A stretch of 64,000 nt of DNA, taken from positions 32,001 through 96,000 of the forward strand of contig CAWJIE010000004.1 of NCBI GenBank assembly GCA_963842885.1, read 5' to 3'. Positions 31,848 to 41,396 of this stretch are shown here, piece by piece; position 1 is the stretch's first letter, and every line of letters starts with the position of its first letter. The notes beneath the pieces were generated by a model, which was not told the DNA's origin, did no database searches, and saw only the letters and a list, made by a program, of their open reading frames with translations. The translations under genes were made by a program, and so were the position numbers. The DNA is from an uncultured Nitrososphaerota archaeon. Lineage in GTDB: Archaea > Thermoproteota > Nitrososphaeria > Conexivisphaerales > DTJL01.

Positions 31848-32107
31848 GACTGGAAGAGAAGCTCTACCTGCTCCGGCATGTCGTGGACGAGAAGTCGCAC
31901 ATCGGCGTGGACGAGGAGAAGTGCGCCCGGTGCAATGACAAGTTCTGCCTTGATATCTGTCCCGCCAACGTCTACTCTTACAGCGACCTAAGGGTATTCA
32001 TCGCGTTTGAGAACTGTGTGGAGTGCGGCACCTGCCGGATCGCCTGCCCCTTCATCAACTGGGTGAATCCGCTGGGCGGAACGGGAATCTCCTACAGGTT
32101 CGGCTGA
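31844..32107 (+). CDS. fixX: FixX ferredoxin-like protein
   Basis: CPANVY, CVECGTCRIAC, NPLGGTGISYRFG. Confidence 0.9.
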   Translation: MRLEEKLYLLRHVVDEKSHIGVDEEKCARCNDKFCLDICPANVYSYSDLRVFIAFENCVECGTCRIACPFINWVNPLGGTGISYRFG

Positions 32108-32275
32108 GGGCGTGGCTCCGGCCGCAGGGCAGCTATTCGCACCTTCATGGACGGCGGGCGTTAGCATCAGAGGCGCAAGATGCGGAAACGGCAGACGGCG
32201 TGCCGTTTGTCGCATCAAGCCCATACGGCTTCCATAGGAAAACCTTTTCATCGCAGGCACTGCGCATGAAACCGC

Positions 32276-33613
32276 TTGAAAGGGAAGCGCATCGACATCA
32301 GGGTGACCCCGCCCGGACCCAAGGCCATGAGGATAGTCGGGCGGACGGACAGGGCCCTGTCGCCGTCATTTGCGAGGTTCTATCCCCTTGCTGTGGATTC
32401 TGCCCACGGCTGTCTAGTCAAGGACGTGGATGGGAACACCTACATAGACATGAACGCAGGGTTGGCCGTGCTGGCCGTGGGGTCGACCCCGGGACCCGTA
32501 GTCAAGGCGGTCAAGGAGCAGGCGGAGAGGTTCCTGCACTACTCCTACACCGACTTCTACTATCAGAACATAGTCGAGCTCGCCGAGAAGCTGGCCGAGA
32601 TCACGCCTGGCAGTTTCGAGAAGCAGGTCTATTTCGGAAACAGCGGGGCGGAGGCGACGGAAGCCGCCATGAAGCTGGTTCGATATCATACGAAGAGGCC
32701 GCGGTACCTCGCCTTCTCCGGGTCATTCCATGGCAGGACCATGGGCTCTCTGTCCTTGACGGCGAGCAAGCCAAGGCAGGTGAAGGGGTTCTCGCCGCTG
32801 GTGCCGGGCGTGACTCACGTCCCCTATCCATACTGCTACAGGTGCCCCTTTCGCCTCAATTTCCCAGAATGCGACTACTATTGCGTCGACTTCATCGGGG
32901 AGCAGGTCCTAGACAAGTACGTGCCGCCGGAGGAGGTCTCGGCCATGTTCTTCGAGAGCATACAGGGAGAGGGTGGCTACGTCGTTCCACCCGACGACTA
33001 CTTCAAGCGGTTGGAGAAACTGCTGAGACCTCACGGCATACTGCTGGTGGACGACGAAATCCAGTCGGGGATGGGCAGGACGGGCAAATGGTTCGCCGTG
33101 CAGCATTTCGGCGTGGAGCCCGACATCGTGCTCATTTCCAAGGCCATCGCCGCCGGCCTCCCGCTGAGCGCGATGGTGGCGAAGAAGGAAATCATGACGT
33201 GGGGGCCAGGGTCCCACGCCTCCACGTTCGGCGCAAATCCCGTCGCGACGGCCGCCGCGCTGGCTACCATCTTCATGATCGAGGACGAGAAGCTCTTGGC
33301 GAACGCCACGAAGGTGGGAGGGCATATCAAGAAGAGGCTCGAGGAGATGAAGGAGAAGTACGAGATCATTGGAGATGTTCGAGGAAAGGGTCTGATGGTG
33401 GGAGTAGAGATCGTGAACGACAGGAAGACCAAGGAGAACGGGACCAAACACGTGGACAACATCCTGGACTACACCTGGAAGCATGGCGTGCTGCTCATCA
33501 GCTGCGGGAAGTCGACGCTTAGGTTCGTCCCTCCGCTGATTATCGACGAGGACTTGGCAGACGAAGCCATGGAAGTCGTAGAGGACGCCATAGCCCAGGA
33601 GAACTCCTCCTAG
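32276..33613 (+). CDS. class III PLP aminotransferase (acetylornithine/4-aminobutyrate family)
   Basis: SGAEA, FHGRT, IQGEGG, DEIQSGMGRTG, SKAIA, RGKGLM. Confidence 0.92.
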   Translation: MKGKRIDIRVTPPGPKAMRIVGRTDRALSPSFARFYPLAVDSAHGCLVKDVDGNTYIDMNAGLAVLAVGSTPGPVVKAVKEQAERFLHYSYTDFYYQNIVELAEKLAEITPGSFEKQVYFGNSGAEATEAAMKLVRYHTKRPRYLAFSGSFHGRTMGSLSLTASKPRQVKGFSPLVPGVTHVPYPYCYRCPFRLNFPECDYYCVDFIGEQVLDKYVPPEEVSAMFFESIQGEGGYVVPPDDYFKRLEKLLRPHGILLVDDEIQSGMGRTGKWFAVQHFGVEPDIVLISKAIAAGLPLSAMVAKKEIMTWGPGSHASTFGANPVATAAALATIFMIEDEKLLANATKVGGHIKKRLEEMKEKYEIIGDVRGKGLMVGVEIVNDRKTKENGTKHVDNILDYTWKHGVLLISCGKSTLRFVPPLIIDEDLADEAMEVVEDAIAQENSS

Positions 33614-33664
33614 AGCCGACGACCAAGAGAACTCTTTATCTCAGGTGTTCGCCTAGCGTTCACT

Positions 33665-34456
33665 GTGCAGTTCCAAGACATCTTCCCGAAGAAACCCGTC
33701 CTGGGCATGATCCACATGCCAGCCCTGCCTGGGGCCCCCAAGAACAGGCTCTCCACGGAGGAGCTCGTCGAGTTCGCCCTTTCAGAGTCGAAGAAGCTCG
33801 AATCGGCGGGCATCGACGGGGCCATAGTCGAAAACGTGGGAGACTATCCTTTCTTCCGAGACCATGTCCCTCCGATGACGGTGGCTGCCATGGCTAACAT
33901 CGTCAAGGAGGTGAAGGGACATACTAAGATGAAGGTGGGGGTCAACATGCTGAGGAACGCATGCGAGGAGGCCATGTCGGTGGCCTACATATCGGGTGCA
34001 GACTTCATCCGGTGCAACGTCATGATAGGGGCATATGCTACGGATCAGGGGATAATCCAAGGATGTGCGGCGAGGCTGGCCAGGCTGAGGATGGGGTTGA
34101 AGCGAGACATTCTGGTCTTCGGAGACGTCCACGTCAAGCACGCCTACCCACTCTTCAACGTCCCCATCGATGACGCGGCGAGGGACCTCGCCGAAAGGGG
34201 AGGAGCAGACGCAGTCCTCGTGTCTGGTGCAAGAAGCCCCGTGCCACCCTCTTTCGAGACCCTGAAGACTGTGAGAGATGCCATTAGGCTACCTGTCCTC
34301 ATTGGGAGCGGTATAGGCCTCACCAATGTGAAGGAGTTCTACCAGAAGTCCGACGGGGTCCTGCTGGGCGAGACCGACTTCAAGCTGAGAGGGGTGTGGG
34401 GAGGGGCCAGCGACCAGCGAGCCTATGCCAGGGCCGTGAAGGCCTGCAAGGGCTAG
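33665..34456 (+). CDS. btpA: BtpA/SgcQ family TIM-barrel protein
   Basis: GMIH..LPG.P, ENVGD.PF, GVNMLRN, DVHVKH, IGSG. Confidence 0.88.
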   Translation: MQFQDIFPKKPVLGMIHMPALPGAPKNRLSTEELVEFALSESKKLESAGIDGAIVENVGDYPFFRDHVPPMTVAAMANIVKEVKGHTKMKVGVNMLRNACEEAMSVAYISGADFIRCNVMIGAYATDQGIIQGCAARLARLRMGLKRDILVFGDVHVKHAYPLFNVPIDDAARDLAERGGADAVLVSGARSPVPPSFETLKTVRDAIRLPVLIGSGIGLTNVKEFYQKSDGVLLGETDFKLRGVWGGASDQRAYARAVKACKG

Positions 34457-34462
34457 CTCGCG

Positions 34463-35131
34463 TCAACGGCTAGCCTTTCCATCATCGACTTCATTTAGCC
34501 TCCAGAGATAGAGAGAAGCCACGGTGCGGTACGGGTGCCACTTGGAGCCGATGTCCCCCACCTCATCTTCGGACGGGATCTCCTCAAGCCCGTAGAGCTC
34601 CTTGACGGCGACCCTGATTCCGAGGTCCCCCGTGGGCAAAACGTCGAGGCGGCTGAGAGGGAAGATCAGGAACATCTGGGCCGTCCACCGTCCGATGCCC
34701 TTCACTTTGTCTAGGATGGAGATGACCTCTTCGTCGCCCTTCGATGGCAGGGATGCCAGATCCAGGGAGCCGTCGACGATTCGTCTAGACAGGTCCTTCA
34801 GGCACTCTACCTTCCTCCGTGACAGCCCCGCCCTCTTCAGCTGAGAGTCGGGCTCGCGCAACAGCTGGGTGGGCGTGGGGAACCGGCCCCCGAAAAGACC
34901 CTTGAAGCGGTTGGTGATCGCTTCGGCTGCCGAACCGGCGAGCTGCTGGAAGAGGATGCTCATGACGAGGGCTTCGTACGGTTCAAGGCCGCTGCGAATG
35001 TGTAATCCCCCCACCTTCTCAATGAGGGCCATGAGCTTGGGGTCCGCCTGGCTGAGGTGGCGAACAGCCGTGTCGATCTCCTTCGAAGTGAATCTCCTTC
35101 CGAACCTCCAGCTGACTTCAGCGGGGTCCAA
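34463..35131 (-). CDS. alkA: DNA-3-methyladenine glycosylase (HhH-GPD, AlkA-like)
   Basis: QQLA, VKGIGRWTAQM, LPTGDLG, WHPYRT. Confidence 0.9.
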   Translation of the reverse strand: MDPAEVSWRFGRRFTSKEIDTAVRHLSQADPKLMALIEKVGGLHIRSGLEPYEALVMSILFQQLAGSAAEAITNRFKGLFGGRFPTPTQLLREPDSQLKRAGLSRRKVECLKDLSRRIVDGSLDLASLPSKGDEEVISILDKVKGIGRWTAQMFLIFPLSRLDVLPTGDLGIRVAVKELYGLEEIPSEDEVGDIGSKWHPYRTVASLYLWRLNEVDDGKASR

Positions 35132-35142
35132 CGCTCAGCCCT

Positions 35143-35553
35143 CATCGTACATCCGGCTCATAAACGTAGGTTTTCCTCTCCTGAACTGTTCGCCCAGAGC
35201 TCAGGGAGACGCAGTCGCATCGGAAAACTGTATACGTCACAGCCCCAAAGTCCGATGCCAGGCTGCGCAGGCCATCTTCCAGAGCTTCTGGGGCCGGACC
35301 CAGCTCGGCCACGAGGACAATGTCACAGGCCTTCAGTGAAGCGGCCTCGGGGTCATTGTTTATCGAGAAAACAAGGGGGTCCTTGGCATGTCGACGGCGT
35401 CCCGGTGGGCTTTGCTTGTGTTCGGGCGGCCCTTTCCGTCGACCAAGCTGAACTTCCTGGGGGAACCTGAACGAGCTCGACCTGCTCGGGGGACAGGTCG
35501 CAGGGGCGCTTGAGGTCCTTTCTCAGATCGAGTTCCCTCTTGTCTCTCTTCAA
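35143..35553 (-). pseudogene. decayed ETF alpha C-terminal fragment
   Basis: Manual translation gives ...VFSINNDPEAASLKACDIVLVAE..., resembling the ETF-alpha INxDPEA..F..xD motif; upstream VPQEVQLG needs frameshifts. Confidence 0.45.
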
Positions 35554-35607
35554 CGAGGAGGTGGGCTCAAGGTCTTGAGAATTCGACCCACTCAGCAGAT
35601 GGGAGGC

Positions 35608-36111
35608 TCATCGGCCGTGACGACGGGGCCCGCTTTCCCTCGCGGACGCAGCGAGCTCACTCATCCTCCGCTTCCTCCTCTCCTGGGCCTCCCTGTACCG
35701 CCGCTTCTCCGCAGGCGTCACCGGAATAATCGGTGGAACGGGCATGGGCCGCCTATTCTCATCAAGGGCAACATAGGTCAGATAGCAGGAGCCCGTGTGC
35801 GTAGTCCTCCCGCTCTTCAGGTCTTCGGCCTCTATCCTTACGCCGATCTCCATCGAAGTCCTCCCGACGAAGTTCACTGCAGCCTTCAAGATTAGGAGGT
35901 CGCCCACGTAGACGGGCGCCCAGAAATCCATCCGGTCCACAGAAGCTGTCACGGTGTTTGCTCTGGCGTGTCGAGTCGCCACGATCCCTGCGGCCTCGTC
36001 CATGAGCCGGAGGATGGTACCGCCAAACACGTTTCCGGACGGGTTGGCGTCCGTGGGCATCATCAGGTGGAGGAGTGTCTCCGACGACTCCGAGACGCTG
36101 CGACCCTTCAT
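35608..36111 (-). CDS. acyl-CoA thioesterase (hotdog fold, YciA-like)
   Basis: DANPSGNVFGG..L..MD, VTAS, GRTSMEI, YVALD. Confidence 0.9.
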   Translation of the reverse strand: MKGRSVSESSETLLHLMMPTDANPSGNVFGGTILRLMDEAAGIVATRHARANTVTASVDRMDFWAPVYVGDLLILKAAVNFVGRTSMEIGVRIEAEDLKSGRTTHTGSCYLTYVALDENRRPMPVPPIIPVTPAEKRRYREAQERRKRRMSELAASARESGPRRHGR

Positions 36112-36188
36112 CCTCACTCCTTTCAAGATGGCCTAGCACACGTTGGTGCCTTTCATAAGCCTATTGTGGGTCCTGGACCGTGAGGAAC

Positions 36189-36686
36189 TCAGTCGTTTGA
36201 CGTGTTTCCCGGAGGATGCGGATTCGACATGATGCCTTCATTGATTCGTCGGAGGGCGGTCAGGGCCTCCCTGACATGGTGAGTGGGTGCCAAGTTGGAG
36301 TCGTACACATGCCTTATAACTCCTGACTGGTCGATGATGAAAGTCACCCTCGGCGGCACTAGCCTTCCCCGGACGCCGTAGGACTCCCCGATCCGCTTGT
36401 CGGGATCGCTTACCAGCCTGAACGGGAGGTCGTGGTGCTTCTTGAAAGACGCATGCGATTCCACGCTGTCAGAGCTCACCCCGATAACGACGGCCTTCTC
36501 AGCTCGGACCTCGCTCCAGTTGTCCCTGAACGAACAGGCCTCAGCTGTGCAGCCCGTGGTCTCGTCCTTGGGATAGAAGTAGAGCACGACGTTGCCCTCA
36601 CTCAGCGACCCCAGAAGATCGACCTGACTTCCATCGTCCGCCTGAGCGCTAAACTGCGGCGCCTTGTCCCCTACCTTTAGAGTCAT
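36189..36686 (-). CDS. bcp: peroxiredoxin (Bcp/PrxQ)
   Basis: YFYPKDETTGCTAEAC, GVSSD, RVTFII. Confidence 0.92.
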   Translation of the reverse strand: MTLKVGDKAPQFSAQADDGSQVDLLGSLSEGNVVLYFYPKDETTGCTAEACSFRDNWSEVRAEKAVVIGVSSDSVESHASFKKHHDLPFRLVSDPDKRIGESYGVRGRLVPPRVTFIIDQSGVIRHVYDSNLAPTHHVREALTALRRINEGIMSNPHPPGNTSND

Positions 36687-36741
36687 TATGGGTGACAGCG
36701 GGCAGACCGAGGCATTAACCTTGCTAGAGTTCGGAACAGGG

Positions 36742-37527
36742 CTACAGGGAAGCCTTGAGGAAATGGAATGGATCGGAAAAGTCGTCTATGAGCTTCATTC
36801 TCTTCTGCTTGGCCAATATCCTGATCATCGCCTTGCCGTGGATGCGGTCATGCCAGACGAGCCGCCTGAGGACTTTCTTGAGCGTCCAAAGTTCGTTCTC
36901 CGACGAGAATAGGTTGGAGTTGATGCCGCTGTCATGCAGCCGAGCGAGTTCGTCGACGCATCGCCGCCTGACCTCCAAGAAGTCGTTGGTTCCATTCTCA
37001 AGGTGGACGCCCAGCCTCGCCATGTAGAAATGCTGGACGCTGTTGACATGTCCCAACACCTCTTGGATGGTGGAGGGGACGGTACCATAGAAGGTGCTTC
37101 GCCGCTTGCTCTCGTCGACCCACTTCTTCAGTTCCGCCTTTTCGTAGGCCTTGAAGATAGTCTCTCCGGAATACCTGACGAGACCAAGTAGCGTGACGAA
37201 CTCGCCGTCAAGGAAAGGCTTCCTGTCGACGTCGAGGAGTATTTCGCTGTCGGCATCTTCCACTTGGAGCTGGCTCTGGTGCCACTGGACGATCATGGTT
37301 CGAACTGACGGAGGAAGCTTGGCCCCCAGCCAGCGGTTGTACGATTTCATCTCGGACCTGACCTTGGACAGGGCTTCTCTCTCCGTTGGCGCACGAACGT
37401 AGGCGCCGGGTAGCTGCAAGATGTATCCCAGGCATCCTTTCCCGTTGGTCTCGAAAGCGAGGGACAACCTGTCCGCCGGGTCCACCTTGGGGGCCTGCAA
37501 ATTCCCGTCCGCGTTACCATCGGTCAC
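36742..37527 (-). CDS. HicB-like N-domain fused to DinB/YfiT-like domain
   Basis: LPGAY..APT..EAL N-terminal pattern; LGHV...WTLKKVLRR..WHDRIH His triad. Confidence 0.6.
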   Translation of the reverse strand: MTDGNADGNLQAPKVDPADRLSLAFETNGKGCLGYILQLPGAYVRAPTEREALSKVRSEMKSYNRWLGAKLPPSVRTMIVQWHQSQLQVEDADSEILLDVDRKPFLDGEFVTLLGLVRYSGETIFKAYEKAELKKWVDESKRRSTFYGTVPSTIQEVLGHVNSVQHFYMARLGVHLENGTNDFLEVRRRCVDELARLHDSGINSNLFSSENELWTLKKVLRRLVWHDRIHGKAMIRILAKQKRMKLIDDFSDPFHFLKASL

Positions 37528-37670
37528 GTCGCGAGGATTTGTACGTTAATAGCCAACAATTGTGGATGTGTTCGTTATCCTGCGTTAACTCACTTTGCAA
37601 GGACGTTTCACCGCCAGAAGGGTAGACTCTGATTCAGAGGACGTGCGGACGGCCTGCGTCCCCGTGGGCC

Positions 37671-37955
37671 GTCAAGTCCGGCTTCATCCGGTCAGCGGCG
37701 TCAGGGAAGTCGTCAGCGTCGTCATGGCGGTCAGGCTTGTCATCTGCGTCAAGTTGCCGACAGGCCTGCTCCCTGGTACGGCTGGCTGCAGGAGACAGGC
37801 TGCGGACGGGCAGGAGAACTTGACTGCCGGTGACACACGGCTTGACCCTCGGCGCGCGACGATATGTAGAGAAGCGAGCCATTTGACGGGGGGGACGACA
37901 AAGACCTTCCCTGATGACGCCTGACGACCACTGGGGAACAATCGGCCTTGGTGAC
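37671..37955. repeat. inverted GTCA/TGAC short-repeat array (iteron-like)
   Basis: GTCA at 37671, 37691, 37700, 37712, 37721, 37730, 37739, 37748; TGAC at 37821, 37831, 37843, 37884, 37915, 37922, 37952. Confidence 0.55.
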
Positions 37956-38135
37956 CGCTGGGGGCCATGGTACGACACGACGAGTCCGAGCCCGGAGTTA
38001 GCCGAGGAGCTTTGGCGGCGCAAGTCAAGATGCCTTCTCGCAGTCGGCAGAACCAGGTGTCAGTGGTCGCGTCGGGTACCAACCCAACGCCGGATTGCTT
38101 TGCCACTTAGGTGTAGGCTCAAATCGACAAGTAAT

Positions 38136-38158
38136 GCGGGCCCGGTGGGATTAGAACC
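38136..38158. repeat. att site (duplicate of tRNA-Arg 3' end)
   Basis: gcgggcccggtgggattagaacc matches 45717-45739 gcgggcccggtgggattcgaacc at 22/23. Confidence 0.88.
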
Positions 38159-38333
38159 TGTTTGGGTTCAATGTCATTTTCGTCTCAAGAGGATTCCGCG
38201 TCACAAGAGAACGAGCCCAAGCCAGTGGATTTGAGCTGAGTCAAATCCGGACTTGAATTTTCAAGGCCGCCATAGTCAACGCTTTTGAGCAACGACAGAC
38301 ATAGCTTAGGACTAGTCCTCCGAGAAGATTCGA

Positions 38334-41159
38334 ATGAGCGCGCTCGAGAACACCGTTAATGATTTGGTCGCTGACTATCTCCGCAGAAATGGGATCCAGG
38401 TCCTCTCGCAACTTGGAACCCATATCCCTGCTGGAAGAAGGCAGCCGGATTTTGAGCTGAGAAATGGTGGCACGTATTATGGAGAAGGTGAATGGCAGTC
38501 CAGTTACATAAAGGGCTTCGACCAAGCAATTGAGTTCGGCGATATCCCTGGTTGTTCGGGCTATTTCCTAATCGGCTATCCAGACGAACTCAGAGGTAGT
38601 ATTAAGCAGAAACGGCTTAGCACAGTCGATCCTGAGCTTCTTCTCGCTTCGGAAAACTATCGGGCGATGTTCAAGATTGAAGGGAGACCTACTAACTTGT
38701 ACAGGGGACCGCTCCAAGGCATCCCCGAGTGGATTTCAGGTACTATAACAAAAGCACCGTTGGCTGAATACTCTGACGAATTCATCAGTCTGATGAGAGA
38801 TATCGTCCAGGAGCTGACCCAGTACCTTCCAACAACTGGAGCATACCCTTCGCTGTTTGAGCATATAATCGCGATGATGCCCAAGGGAAAGGGCCAACTT
38901 GATACGGCCAAGAAGGCTGCGGCTTATCTGCTTCTGAATCAGTTAGTGTTTTATCGTATCCTCTCTGAAGGACGCGGGTACCCGAGGATTGAGAGAGCGA
39001 CGTTGCAGACACCTAGCGACTTGAGAGTCTACTTCGATGGTGTCCTCAAGGACGATTATCAAGCAGTCTTCAGTCCCGACGTCGCTTCATTGTTCCCGCA
39101 GTCTTCTTTCAAATTCATTCTCGACATGATCAAGATACTTGACCATGTCCAGCCAGAGCTTTTCACACGTGATCTCCTTGGGAACATCTTCCATCGGCTA
39201 ATTCCAGAGGAAGTTCGCAAGCCCGTGGCGGCTTACTATACTAATCCGATGGCAGCGAGGCTACTCTCGAGGTTGTCGATCCTGTCGCCCAGAGAGAGGG
39301 TTGCAGACTTCGCCTGCGGATCGGGGACTTTGCTTATGGCTGCTTATGAAAGGAAGGCTGAACTCTTGGGGCACAAGTTCACTCAGGACGATCACAAGGC
39401 GTTCATCGAAGAAGACATAACGGGAGTAGATATCATGCCGTTCGCGGCCCACCTTGCCGTGATTCAGCTCGCTCTCAAGAATCCGGTATATTGGACCAAT
39501 AGAGTGAGGATTGCGGTATACGACTCGACCTTGCTTCGCCCTGGAGATACTGTGGCAGGTCTTCAGGCGGTGTTGTCCAAGGGTCAGACCAATCTCTCCC
39601 TTTTTGCGGAAGGCAATACAGAGCTTCCGCATGTGCGCGAGGGAGCGGTTTCAACGAGTGGTGCTGGCCAAGGATTCGCGGTCGAGCCTGTCGATGTTGT
39701 CATGATGAACCCTCCGTTCACAAAGAAGCAGTTCATAGATCCTGAGTTCCGGAGGAGACTGACGGAGAGATTCGACGACTACAGAGACTCTGTGAACAAC
39801 GAACAAGCGTATTGGAGTTACTTCTTCTTGTTGGCAGATCGGTTCTTGAGAAGCGGAGGACGCCTTGCGCTAGTCCTTCCAGCCACATTCCTGAGGCAAC
39901 CGAGCTATGCCGGGATTCGGGAACTCTTAAGAAAGAAATATGCTATCCAGTTCGTCATAACTACAGAGTACCGATCTGCATTCTCCGAAAGCGCAGGCTT
40001 TCGCGAAGCTCTACTCATAGCTCAGAAGAACCCGGGGACAGAGAATGTGAAGCCGGCCCTTTTCGCACTCCTAAAGGTCTTCCCGAACGCTCAAAACATC
40101 TCTAATCTGTCCAACAGTCTTAGACAATCCTTCGACACCTCCAGTGCAACGGGAATCGAGAACCAAGGAGAAGCACGGTTTGTTGAACAAAAACAATTGG
40201 CTACGGAGGAAGACTGGTTCAGTTTTATTCCCGGTGAGGAGCGTAGCGAAATCGATTTCTCCGCCATACAAGCGCTTTCACCCTTGGCTAAGGTAGTTCC
40301 TGACCTGATTCAGGGTCTTCGCCTCAATCGACAGGAACCCGATATGCATCCAGACAATACTATGCTCTCGCATGAGCGTGAAGAACGCACTATGATCGAT
40401 TGGAGAATCCTACACGAAGACCGGGAGTCGATTACTGCGATTAGCAAGAAGAAAGCAGTCGAAGTCATTGTTCCTAAGAAAGCGCTGGTTATGTCGACAA
40501 GGACTCCCACAGGCATGGACAAGATGCTGATTGATCATGTGTTTGACTATGTGGTGGTGAGCCGTTTCAACAATGACAAGGAGTTTTGGAATGGAGTACA
40601 TGCCGACAAGATTCTCGAGGGACGGAACAAGCAGGTTCAAGCGAGGTCTGCTTACATGATTGCAGCAGGCAGAGGCAATGTCAACCTCGCGGCTTCTGGA
40701 ACGAGGCTGCTCGCCTTCTCTTCTAAGGAGCCAATAGCTCCGACATGGTCCATGTGGTCGCTTAGGACAAGGACATTTGAAGATGCCTGTCTGCTTACAC
40801 TATGGTGGAATTCGACGTTCATGTTGGATCAGCTTTTGGACATACGCGCTGAAGTGGGTGGGGCATGGGGATGGTTCGGGAAGAAGCCACTGCAATCGTT
40901 GTTTGTCCTAGACCCGACGAAACTTGATCCGACGTCTAGGAACACGTTGTTGAGAGTCTTCGATGAACTTGCTGACATGTCGTTCCCATCGCTACTTGAT
41001 CAACTGACTAGCGCGTTTCCAGGTAGGATGAAAATAGACCAAACCTTTGCTCACACTCTTGAAATCGGCCGGTATGAAGATCCCGAATCCTTAAGGGAGT
41101 TTTATGCGTCGACAGCGGAGAGACTGGGATCACTCAAAGCGCTCATGAGTCGGAAATAG
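38334..41159 (+). CDS. Type IIG-like restriction-modification fusion (amino-methyltransferase)
   Basis: YYTN, motif I DFACGSGT, motif IV NPPF, LALVLP; N-terminal QPDF...GEGE...DQA nuclease-like segment; long C-terminal putative TRD. Confidence 0.8.
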   Translation: MSALENTVNDLVADYLRRNGIQVLSQLGTHIPAGRRQPDFELRNGGTYYGEGEWQSSYIKGFDQAIEFGDIPGCSGYFLIGYPDELRGSIKQKRLSTVDPELLLASENYRAMFKIEGRPTNLYRGPLQGIPEWISGTITKAPLAEYSDEFISLMRDIVQELTQYLPTTGAYPSLFEHIIAMMPKGKGQLDTAKKAAAYLLLNQLVFYRILSEGRGYPRIERATLQTPSDLRVYFDGVLKDDYQAVFSPDVASLFPQSSFKFILDMIKILDHVQPELFTRDLLGNIFHRLIPEEVRKPVAAYYTNPMAARLLSRLSILSPRERVADFACGSGTLLMAAYERKAELLGHKFTQDDHKAFIEEDITGVDIMPFAAHLAVIQLALKNPVYWTNRVRIAVYDSTLLRPGDTVAGLQAVLSKGQTNLSLFAEGNTELPHVREGAVSTSGAGQGFAVEPVDVVMMNPPFTKKQFIDPEFRRRLTERFDDYRDSVNNEQAYWSYFFLLADRFLRSGGRLALVLPATFLRQPSYAGIRELLRKKYAIQFVITTEYRSAFSESAGFREALLIAQKNPGTENVKPALFALLKVFPNAQNISNLSNSLRQSFDTSSATGIENQGEARFVEQKQLATEEDWFSFIPGEERSEIDFSAIQALSPLAKVVPDLIQGLRLNRQEPDMHPDNTMLSHEREERTMIDWRILHEDRESITAISKKKAVEVIVPKKALVMSTRTPTGMDKMLIDHVFDYVVVSRFNNDKEFWNGVHADKILEGRNKQVQARSAYMIAAGRGNVNLAASGTRLLAFSSKEPIAPTWSMWSLRTRTFEDACLLTLWWNSTFMLDQLLDIRAEVGGAWGWFGKKPLQSLFVLDPTKLDPTSRNTLLRVFDELADMSFPSLLDQLTSAFPGRMKIDQTFAHTLEIGRYEDPESLREFYASTAERLGSLKALMSRK

Positions 41160-41216
41160 TGGGCCATGCGCAGGCACAATCCGCTTGGCATGCCAAAACG
41201 TCCTGCAGCGTGCTCT

Positions 41217-41363
41217 CTAGGATTGTCCTGATTGTCTTGAAGAGTCGTCCTCGGTCATAAGCTTCCTGACTTTGTCCTGATACAACTCCATTCTGCCCTT
41301 GAGCTCGTCGAGTCTGCGGATTATCTCCTCGGCTAGATCCTGGGAGGACCGACTTGCGCTCAT
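41217..41363 (-). CDS. small coiled-coil protein (48 aa)
   Basis: MSASRSSQDLAEEIIRRLDELKGRMELYQDKVRKLMTEDDSSRQSGQS, purine-rich RBS; below ORF-track cutoff. Confidence 0.5.
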   Translation of the reverse strand: MSASRSSQDLAEEIIRRLDELKGRMELYQDKVRKLMTEDDSSRQSGQS

Positions 41364-41396
41364 CAGCTAGGCCCCTCTTCTGAAATGACAACTGCG

